Made by a program: the position numbers and the translations under genes
Notes under the pieces: generated by a model
The model's input: the letters and a program-made list of their open reading frames with translations, nothing else
Database searches by the model: none
Told to the model about the DNA's origin: nothing
Shown here: one piece after another, positions 38,053 through 64,000 of the stretch
Layout of the letters: each line of letters begins with the position of its first letter
Position numbering within the stretch: position 1 is the first letter of the stretch
Assembly: GCF_009914755.1 (NCBI RefSeq)
Contig: NC_060944.1
Strand: one strand, 5' to 3'
Origin: the human T2T-CHM13v2.0 reference genome, Homo sapiens
DNA length: 64,000 nucleotides

Positions 38053-39688
38053 GAAGACAGTAACAACGGATCTGGAATCTGAAAAATGAGTTGGCATCAA
38101 CAATGTGGACAGAGGGAGGGAAGAACTGTCCAAGCAGAGAAGGGGCAGGACGGTGAAAGCAGATGGTGTGTACAACTTATACAAAGGGCCTAGTCTAGTG
38201 ACTAGCAATACCGTATCACTCTCCTGCTCAATAATCATTGATAGCTCCCCAGTGCCCATGGTTTTGCCCCATATTCAAGGTTATCTCCTTGCATTCGCTT
38301 TGTCTTCAATACCCATGCCTTCACTCACCACTTCCACCCACTTAGACTGCCTATTGCCTCCTATATTTACCCCATCTATATATAGTTCAAGGCCCAGCAT
38401 AAACTGATATTCTGTAAACAATATTTCTGAATATCTAAGTGGAGGGCACTGTGCCAGATCCTCTTGGAGTTGCAAAGCTTAAGACATGGTCCACATGCCA
38501 GATGGAGGGCGGGTGGGGGCAGAAGGTACACCCCAAGAAGAAAAAGAATAGGAGGTCCCTTTGTTGAGGATCAAACCCATGGGGCAGTTGGGAAATCCTG
38601 AAGGGATTTTTAGGCCACAGAAAGCTCCACTTCCTACATTGGTTAATGATCTTTCAGGATTCCTCTCCAGGCTAGAAATTACAAACAAATTCCAAAAAGG
38701 CTGCTAAACTGACGTCTTTCCGGGAGTCGGGAACCGCACAGTTGCAATCTAGACAAGCCGGGTCACTCCTCATCTGGCACAAAAGGTACCTTTAGCAGGA
38801 GCTGCGGATGGCAACAGAAGTCTCCTGCCCTCCAGCCTGAGGGTCCCGGATAACATCCAGGAATTGTTTCCATTGGCTGGGAGGAGAGGCCCCCAGTGGC
38901 TGTGCACAGTTCTGGCCACATCCTCAGGAGAAGGAAACAAGGAAGGCAAAAGCAACCCAGCCAGGGACACAGAGCAGGAACCTCTCCAGCCGGGGGCGGA
39001 GGGGGCTGCTCCCCCAGCTCCATCTCTCACCTAGCCTAGGAAGGAGCTGCGCTTGGACCCGGCAGCCCCGACCTCGCAACCACGTACCTGCCCACTGCTC
39101 ACTGACATGGCTGGGGGTTGAGCAAATGTCTTGAGAGCAAAAGCTCCTGGATTGAAGGAAGTGGGGAGGCCTGGCACCTCCTGGGTCTCTCTTCACACCC
39201 CAATTTCCATCTTCTCCAGCATTTACTCCACCTGGAAGGCAGAGGCTTTACCCTCAGCACTCACTACAGCGTCTTCCTTCGCTCTGAGGGCAGGGATTTT
39301 ATACCCTTCCCACCTCCCAACCTAAACTATCCCCAGGTGGCTCAGCCTGGCCTTTGTACAAATGAGTCCCTGCACCTGGATCACTGTGCTCACCTGTCTT
39401 CACCTAATTCCAACTTACTTTTCCACTCTCTGGAAAGCATTCTCTGACCCTTCCCACCCCACTATGGGCTCCTGGGCTTGCCCCACCTCAGGTTTCATCA
39501 TCTTATATTGCAATTCCCTGGCTGCTGGTCTGTTCTTCCCCTCCCCTCCCCATCCTCTAAGACTATGGGGCTCCTGCAGCATCTCTAGTGCCTGGCCCAG
39601 GCATGGTGCTCAGGAAGAACACAATCACCCTGTTGTCCTCTGTTCCTCTGCCGGGATGGGAGAGTCTGGTAGTCACTTTATCTTTTAC

Positions 39689-40475
<787 letters not shown>

Positions 40476-40869
40476 TCAGTTTCTTCACTGGTAAAATGGG
40501 ATAACTACTGTCCCCATTATCCTGGGTTTTGTGAAAATCCAATGAGATAATGCAAATGAAGAACTCATGCACCCAGTAGGTGCTCAATAAATGTTAGCGA
40601 TCCCTCCTGGGAGTAGGCAGGAGACATGGCAGGCAGGGAAAGCATGAACAGGAGCAGAGATGGGAAAGGTCCCAAGCAGGTCAGCTGGGCTGGCAGAAGA
40701 GCCAAGGCCCAGCACAGCAGCCAGGGAGTGTCCTGTAGAAGTAACTGGGAGCCACGCACAGTTCTGGAGCTGGGCAGTGACAGGTGGAAGCTGAATGTGG
40801 CAACATGGGGCAGAGGCCATTGCCGGCAGCAAGTCCCACGTGCTGGAGACTTGGCTGTTTGGCTAGACA

Positions 40870-41071
40870 TAGGGTTGCCAGATTTAGCAAAGAAGATAAA
40901 GTATGTCCAGTTAAATTTGAATCTCAGATGAATAATGAATACTTTCTTTTAGTATAAGTATGTCCCAAATATTGCTTGGGTATACTTATATTAAAAAGCA
41001 GTTGCTGTGCATCTGAAATTCAGATTTACATGAGTGTCCTTTATTTTTATTTGCTGAATCTGGCAATCCCA
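40870..41071. mobile_element. MER53 palindromic hAT MITE
   Basis: TIRs tagggttgccagatttagcaaa / tttgctgaatctggcaatccca; 8-bp TSD (g/a)ctagaca. Confidence 0.9.
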
Positions 41072-41357
41072 ACTAGACACCAGTTGCCTGCCCCCCAGCC
41101 CTTAGTCCTGCATGCAGTGGGAGACCCAGCCCCAGGGTCCACTGCCTCCCTTCCCACCTTCAACAAAGCCACCAGGAGTGATTGATGAGCTGCTCCCAGA
41201 AGCCAGTATTGCTGCTCTGAGTGATCACAACTACAGGCCTGGGTAAGGGGGCCCTCTCACCTCATGCCAGGTTCACCCAGCAAGAAAGTAGAGGGGCACA
41301 GTCACTAACCACTGGGTCTGTAAATTAACAAAGCACATAGGGTGAATGGAATGACTC

Positions 41358-41970
<613 letters not shown>

Positions 41971-42334
41971 CTACCAAATTCTGTAAAGAAGGAAGTACCA
42001 CCTGCATTCTTGGATTAATGAAGAAACAAACAGCTGCCAGTGATATAGGCTCATCCGATGAGTATACCCAAGCAGAGGAAAAAATGGCCTCCACCTTCAA
42101 CCCCAGAAATGGGCAAACACAAGTGTCCATGCTGCTTGCACCCTCAGAGAAAGCCCTGGAGATGGTGATGTCAACCACAAGCTAGAGTGGGACAGTCTCT
42201 GCCTTATTCAGTTCCATTCAGTGTTAGAACAAGTCATACTAGCAGAGGCTGTTCTATCTGCCTTTCTTCTCCTACCCTCATCACCAAATCCCAGATGATT
42301 GAGAGTTCCAGAAACGAGCCTGTCAGAAATGCAA

Positions 42335-42971
<637 letters not shown>

Positions 42972-43669
42972 GCAAATGCAATTTCTGCAACAACCTTTAT
43001 ATCAACTTTTTTTCCTCTAACAATGAACAATGAAAACAATTTGTGCTCCATCTTTAAAAATGTGTGACACAAAAATTTTTTAAATAAAAATAAATATGTG
43101 ATAAACATTCCTGAATGCCTAGTGTGTGCCCTGGCGCTGTGCTCTGCATTTAATTTGGATCAGCAGTTCTCAGCCTTGTTTGTACATTACAACCAACTGG
43201 AGAGGTTTTTAAACTCCCAGTATCCGGGGCATCAGTATTCGTCTAGGGCACAGTGATTCTAACACACAGTCAAGGTTGAGAACCACTTATTTAATTCATC
43301 CTGTAAATCCTCACAATAGAATCCTGCAAGGTAGCTTTTATCACCACCTTTGCCGATGAAATTGAGGCTCAAAGAGGTAAATTGATTTCGGCATCTGTAG
43401 CCCCAACCTGTGACCTCTCCTTCCTTCCTTCTCGGGCTCCCTTCAGGGATTTCCTGATGTTACAGAAAATGGTATGTATGACGCTGCCCTCCTGGCCACC
43501 TTGACATAGCTCTGCTCCCAACAGGGCTCTTCTGAGATAGCAGCCAGACACTACCTGGGATCAGGACTGATACTAAATGACTTCTGCCAAAATGAGGACA
43601 ACTGAGGCCAGTCACTTCCAAACAGGTTCTGTCACCCTGAGTCAGAATAATGGCAGCTACCTCTCCTCC

Positions 43670-44950
43670 TCACCGCCCAGTCGTTTCTACGCCTGGCTCG
43701 TCGCCGTTGCTGCTCCGCCAAGCCTTTCCTCGGTGCCCTCTCTCTTTTAGAACAAATTACTTCATCTCCAGGCCCTTCTCAGGGCAGCTTCTTTGCAGGG
43801 GCCATAGGGCGTCGGAAAGGTCTTTGGTCCAGGAAAGCCGCGAGCCACAGATCCAAGAGGAAAAAGCCGTTCCCGGCCCGGGCCTTGCCCAAGGCACGAG
43901 AGTAAATGGACCTTCCGCGTGCCTCGGCGCACCTGGGCTCACCTGTCCCCTCCCGCAGTGCCTGCAGACAGGGAGGGAGCGCGGCTGGGCCAGAAGGCTG
44001 ATCACCGCCTGCCCCCTGCTGGCCAGTGTCAGTATTGAGCCCGCTGCCGCTCGACCAGAACGTCCCAGGGATGGAATGAAGGTGCGGGCATTTATGGAGC
44101 GCCTGCTGTTTGTCAGGCGAGGTACTGATAAGCGCTGGAGTGTAAGGATGTACGTGACCTGCTCTCAGAGTTCAAATTTAAATGAAGAGATATACATTAA
44201 TCAAGTAGTCATTCAAGCAAATATGAAATTACAACTGTGGGCTATGCGAACAGATGACGCGAGGGGCCTGTCCAGTCTGGGAGATACGGGTGGGTTCAGG
44301 AAAAGCTGCCCCCAGGAGGGGACGTTTGAGCGCCAGGAGCCGCGCAAAGTCATTTCATGTCATCTCTAAAATCCTGCAAGGCGGCTTTCCCCCTTGACAA
44401 AACAGGAAATGGGATCAAATTGAGGAAGGAATTCACCCAAGATCACACAGCAAGCTGGAAGCAAATCTGGGAGGAGCTAGGTCCGGCCCCGTTCCGAAAT
44501 CCACACTTTTCTGGAGGTGGGGCAGGCGGTGGCACAGGGACTTGGGGCGGGGTCTGGTGGGCGGGGCATGAAGTCTGGCCCCGCCCCCGCCTCCGAGGCC
44601 AAAGGGCGCCCTGGGCGGGGATCGGAGCAGGGGCGGGGTCTTTCCAGGGAGTGGAGCCTGGGCAGATTGGGGCCTGTGGAGGCCGCACTAGGATCGTAGA
44701 AGGAGTGGATCCGTGATCTCACCCTGTCTTAGAGGACCCGGAAGCGCCAAGTGACTGAGGGCCGAAGACACTCACCTGTGGAGCCTGTGCACGTAGGTAG
44801 AGGCGGCGGCTCTGAGTCCAGGAGCTCCAGTGGGCAGCTCCCCAGGTAGGGCCCAACTCGGGGGGAGAAGAGATGACCCTCTCCCCTCCCGCCCTGCCCA
44901 TCTGTCCTGCCATCCTACATTCCTTCCTTCCTGTCCGCGGGCCTGGGTCC
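43670..44950. promoter_or_regulatory. CpG-rich LPIN3 promoter region
   Basis: CpG enrichment; GC boxes GGGGCGGGG ~44544 and ~44630, CCCCGCCCCCGCC ~44579, inverted CCAAT (GATTGG 44665-44670); no TATA box seen. Confidence 0.82.
44760..44845 (+). other. LPIN3: Probable non-coding first exon of LPIN3 (start approximate)
   Basis: Directly downstream of GC-box cluster; ends in donor CAG|GTAGGG at 44845/44846. Confidence 0.6.
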
Positions 44951-45543
44951 ACCCCTAGCTGTAAGATGGGGACGCAGGGGTGGAGGGACTGGCCTCATTT
45001 TGTCCCTTTTTCCCTGGCCCAGCGGCTGCAGGCCCCCTGGACACCCAGAACGTAGAGTCTGGAGAGGAGACGTCGAAACCTCCCAGGGGAGGCTGGCCCA
45101 GCTTTACCCCAGCCTGACTGTGTGACCTTGAGGAGGACAGCCACTTTCTCTGGTACCCAGTGTCCTCAGTTGCAAAACAGTGACTGGCCCTTGCCCTGCT
45201 TGCCCTGAGACTGGGCAGATCAGATGCTGTAGCTGCTGGGGGCTGGGGTGGCGCTTTCTCTCTACTGGGGCACTAGGAGTGCTTACTCTCCTGCTCCCTC
45301 TGGTCCTCGGTGGAGAGCCACACCCTTCATCCACCCAAACCTGGGAGCCCCGAGGGCTGAGAGCCTAGTCCTAGGGCAGCTTGCTCTGGCTTCCCTGTGC
45401 TAGAGTTGTAGTCTAGCCTGGAAGGCCTGTGAACATCCCCAAGGTGGGGTGTGAGGCCTACGTGGAGTGCACATGCTCGTTTTGCAAATAGTGGTGCCAC
45501 CATTGTGCACGGCCTTGAGTGCCAAGTTAAGAAGTCCAAACTC

Positions 45544-45992
<449 letters not shown>

Positions 45993-46469
45993 TCATTAGT
46001 TACTCACACGTGCCTGATGTTATTCCCATTTTGGAGGCTGAGACTGAGGGTCAGAGAGATGAAGTCACTTGCCCATGGTCACAGCTAGCAAATGGTGGAG
46101 TGGGGATCAGCACCCAGATAATCTGGTGCCTTTTCTCCTAATGTCCTGTGGCCACCCGTGATCTGGGCATCTGGTTATAAAGTCTTAACCTAGGACAGCT
46201 GGAGAAAGGAGGGGCTGGATGAGCAGGAAATTGGGGGAGAAGATTCAGAGGGCTAGGGAGGGAGAGAGGGGTAGTGACTAGTCCTAAGGGGTATTCGGCT
46301 TCCTGGGAAGGTGTGAGGAGTGAAGTGGCTGATTTTAGACATGTTAGTTTGTGGGTGGAGGGTGATAGAGGGGAGCCAAGCAGAGCTCTCCTCTGTCTGG
46401 AAAAGAACAAGGAGGTAGAGCTGGGTCCTGGGAAAAGGGGGTGCCTAAGGGATAGGTGAAGACAGAGGC

Positions 46470-46558
46470 GGGCTCACAGAAGGCCCCCAAAATGCTGAGC
46501 AGGCAGATGTGGGGGGCTCACAGAAGGCCCCCAAAATGCCGAGCAGGCAGATGTGGGG
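46470..46558. repeat. 44-bp tandem repeat, 2 copies
   Basis: ggctcacagaaggcccccaaaatgc(t/c)gagcaggcagatgtgggg x2. Confidence 0.95.
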
Positions 46559-46769
46559 GACATCCATTGGTGAAGTGGGGGGAACAGAGAGAGGAGAGAA
46601 TTCTGGACTCCCGTGACATTAGATCTGAGGGAGATGGGTCTAAAAAACTGAGGCCTTGGTTCACAGAAGGGGAAACTGAGGCCAGCCAGTTACTTGCCTG
46701 AGAATACTCCAGGGCTGGATCCGAGTAGGACCCCGGGTGCCATCTCTGCTATTCGGCCCTTTCTACTAG

Positions 46770-46996
46770 ATCGTGGTTCTCAGCTGGGGGCAATTTTGTC
46801 CCCCAGGAGACATTTAAAAATGTCTGAAGACAATTTGGCTGTCACAACCTGGAGCTGCGGGGGATGAAGTGCTACTGGCATCTAATGGGCAGAGACCAGG
46901 GATGCTGCTGAATATCCTACAGTGCACCCACCCACCCCCCAGCAAAGAATTATCTGGCCCCAAAGGACAGTAATGCTGAAGCTGACAAACTGCACT
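46770..46996. mobile_element. MER20 hAT DNA transposon
   Basis: gtggttctcagctgggggcaattttgtccccc...gctactggcatctaatgggcagagaccagggatgctgc...aagaattatctggcccca. Confidence 0.9.
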
Positions 46997-47509
46997 AGGG
47001 CTTAACAGGGCAGAAAGCTCAGGCTTGGGCCTCCAGCTGGATGGACCTTTGCCCCAACCCCGGCTCTGCCCCTCCCCATGCTTGCTCCTTAATTCCTGGA
47101 AGCCTCTGGAGTCCTCTCTGCTTTTCCTGGGCACAGTGGTTTAGAGGTCTGCCCACCAAGTGTCTGTCACCACTCTGTCTCCCCAGACCTGTATTCAGAG
47201 TTTGGCATTAGGTAGGGAGAAACCAAAGTGGAAATGTCCCATCTAGCACATGGCAGGTGCCTTGCAGATAAACTTGATTTGAGTGACATCTTAGGGGTCC
47301 AGGGAGTTTCATTTCATCCCATTTTCACTTTGGCAATTTGAATTGTGTCTTATGTTTGTGACGCTCTGACATAGACTGAAAGAATCCACTGCTTCATCCG
47401 ATGTCCTAGGATGGGCAGGATGTGGCATTATCTGAGAAATGCTGTGGAGGTGGGGGTCTTGTCGTTTAGGCTCTTCCAAGAGTAGACTGTGGACTGGGAA
47501 CACAAAAGC

Positions 47510-48005
<496 letters not shown>

Positions 48006-49601
48006 CAGGGCATTGCAGGGCTGTGCAGAAGTGGCCATGGGCCATGCAACCAACTCTTGGGTGGTTTGGAAGCATGGAGTGGAAGGAGACCATGCTCTAG
48101 AGTCAGGAGAGCTGGATATGAGTCTTTACTCCCTCTCTCCCCTCCCTATACCCCTTCTATGGCCTGTCAGCTTAGAAGAGCTTGAATAGTTTCCTCACCT
48201 GTAAAGTCACTTAACCTTGGGTAAGTCACTTAGCTTCTTTGCTAAGTGGTCTTGCATGGCAGGCTGTCCTCCAGGGGTTCTGACCCAGGGTCTGAGAGAA
48301 GAAAGTGCTCTGTAGAGATAGGACAGTCTGGGTCTTGGCAGGCAGAGGGGCAGCAGGCCACTGGCCTGGCCAGGAGGGCAGGGGTGATCACCTGAAGCTG
48401 CTGGGGCAGGCACTGTGCCAGCTTGGAGGAGGCTCTCATCATAGCCCTGTTTTTTCTCTGAGGCCGCCTCAGCCTCCTGCTTTGGGCTTACCCAGGCCTG
48501 TCTGGTGTGGGAAAGCTGGAGAGACCGGTCTGGCTGGGGGAGGGAGCAGCTTCAGTGGGCTGAGGCCAGCCCAAGGCCTGATTGTGGGTCTGAGCGCCTA
48601 GCCAGCTCAGCCCTGGTCTGAGGAGCTGGGGTTAGGGTTGAAATTGGGGTCTGAGAACTATAGCCTGGACACCGCTGGGGTCAGGCTGTGCATGGACAGG
48701 CTTCCCACCAGGGAAACTGGGAAGGAATTTGTAGTTTGGGGCCTTAAGCCCCCAGCTATAGGGGATGCTCTGCCTTGAGCATCTGACCCCAGGAATGGGG
48801 CTGAACAGAGCCTTGAGTACCTGGGGTGCTCCCACCCTTGGTCCCCCATAAGTCAGCTACAATCGCCCAGCAAGACACCTTCCAACTCACAGGACCAGCA
48901 GATAGCAAGACAGCTGAGCCCATTTCTCAGATGGAAAAGTAGAGGCTCCTTCGTTCCCACTTCTTGGGAAAAGAAGAGTACTCATTAGCACAGTCACCCA
49001 TTATCCAGCAGGGCCCTGGGCCTGCTATCTAATGAGGCTGCCCCCTCTTCCCACCCCCTCCGTTTTCACAGTTGGACCATCCCAGTGGAACCACACAAAC
49101 CTGGGTTCAGATCTCAGGTTCCCTCCTTCATAGTTATGAGGCTCTGGGCAGGTCACTCCACCTCTCTGAGCCTCTGCTGGCTCATCTGTAAACAGGAATA
49201 ATGACACCCGCTCAGCCAGCCCCACAGGGTTGTTGTGAAGATGAAATGAGCCGTACCCACGGAACACTGTGGTCATTATCATTAGTCATGGCATTTAGAG
49301 GCACGAGGCAACTGGGTATTGTTTTACCTTGTGCCCTATTTTACAGATGTGGACATCGGCACTTGGGGAAGGAGGCGGCTGCCCAAGGGTCCCTTAGCAG
49401 GGCAGTGGGCAAGCTGGGGTTAGACCCACATCTACAGGTGTACCTCCCATCGCACAGCTGCTGCCATCTGTGCAAAGGCACTCCAAGGCGTGACACAAAT
49501 GTAAACTTGGGGGTCTGTGTGGTCAGGCTGCAGGAGCTTCTTGTGGAGGAGCTGGAGCAGACCTTTGTGCAAGCCACTGCCTTTCTTTGCCAGCACCAGC
49601 C

Positions 49602-62664
<13,063 letters not shown>

Positions 62665-62805
62665 ACCTGCCCTGGCTGGCTCCTCCTCCCTGGCCCGGCC
62701 CAGGACTGGCTAGGTGTCCTGGGGTATAGGAGGGTGGGAATTGGAGTGTCATGGGGCAAACCCACTGAAGGGGAAGGAGGAGGCTGCAGGTTGGTTGGCA
62801 GCTAG

Positions 62806-63300
<495 letters not shown>

Positions 63301-63777
63301 TGATAGGACAGGGAGAAGAGGGAGGCCCTACCGAGGCTCGAGGCTTCAGTGAAGGGTGACAGCAGTGGGAGTGTGGTACAGCCTCTGGAAGGACACAGTG
63401 TTCTCCCCGCCCCTTGTCTGGGAGCCAGGACTGTACCCTCCGAAGCCAGACATCACTGCCAACATATCCCCCTTGCTGGTGCCCTGGCATCTCAGCACAT
63501 GACACACACCCACACCTGCAGGCTGTGGTTCCGGCTTGGCCTGCTCCCCGTCCGGCTGCTGCCGCTGCCTCTCTCCAGACCTCGCTTAAGGACAGTCCCA
63601 AACTCAGCTGGGGCAGGTGTTGGCCTGAAAGTCCTCCCCCAGCCTCTGCTGGCCAGCTTGGTGCTCACAGCTGCTGGGTAAGCTCTTGCCTAAGGAGCTG
63701 TGGGAAGCAGGGCTGATGCCCCAGCAACCTCTCCTCCCACTGTCTTTGAAGAAAGTAGCTTTAGACCGGCTAAAAGC

Positions 63778-63783
63778 TTTAAT
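63778..63783 (-). terminator. Candidate polyadenylation signal ATTAAA of a convergent gene (likely EMILIN3)
   Basis: tttaat on plus strand; EMILIN3 is the known convergent neighbour of LPIN3. Confidence 0.5.
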
Positions 63784-64000
63784 CCAGAGCCTGCCCTACT
63801 CTGATAGTACCAGAGTGGAGGGCAGAATACCAAATGTCCAGGAACCAAAGGCAGGGCTGTGGGGACCTGAAGAGCAGCACAGTGGGGCCCGTGCTGCTGT
63901 GGGGGAAACTGAGGCTGGGAGCCTCAGCAGAGACCGGTGTCAAGAGTCTCTGGGAACTGCATAGGCCTGAGGAACATGCATTTTCAAGTTGTCCATTGAT

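Noticed and set aside
43650-44369. 239-aa ATG-initiated ORF upstream of LPIN3
   Set aside because: GC-rich promoter DNA running into an L2-like relic; no recognisable homology; would need Ribo-seq or PhyloCSF support

Overview
Primate (almost certainly human, 20q12) genomic DNA; no prokaryotic-type system, CRISPR array or structural RNA gene is present. Left third: first intron of ZHX3 (minus strand), with its CpG-island promoter and non-coding first exon at ~21.3-21.6 kb. Middle: Alu-dense intergenic DNA with a Tigger3 DNA transposon, old L1 pieces and a disabled ADI1 processed pseudogene (~34.9-37.6 kb). Right third: the complete LPIN3 (lipin-3 phosphatidate phosphatase) gene on the plus strand. 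I reconstructed 19 coding exons with GT-AG boundaries and consistent phases, totalling 2556 nt = 851 aa + stop, including the DIDGT catalytic motif; the 3'UTR runs off the window and probably overlaps the 3' end of a convergent gene (EMILIN3). I found no convincing novel biological system. The most unusual items are two old non-tandem local duplications (5364/6226 and 23551/29355), a MER53 hairpin with a near-exact miR-1302 sequence, a very young AluYa-type insertion, a solo LTR12 with five CCAAT boxes antisense to ZHX3, a 10-bp-periodic repeat at the ZHX3 start, and several predictable alternative-splicing switches in LPIN3. Repeat family names come from recall of consensus sequences, not from a search, and repeat boundaries are approximate.
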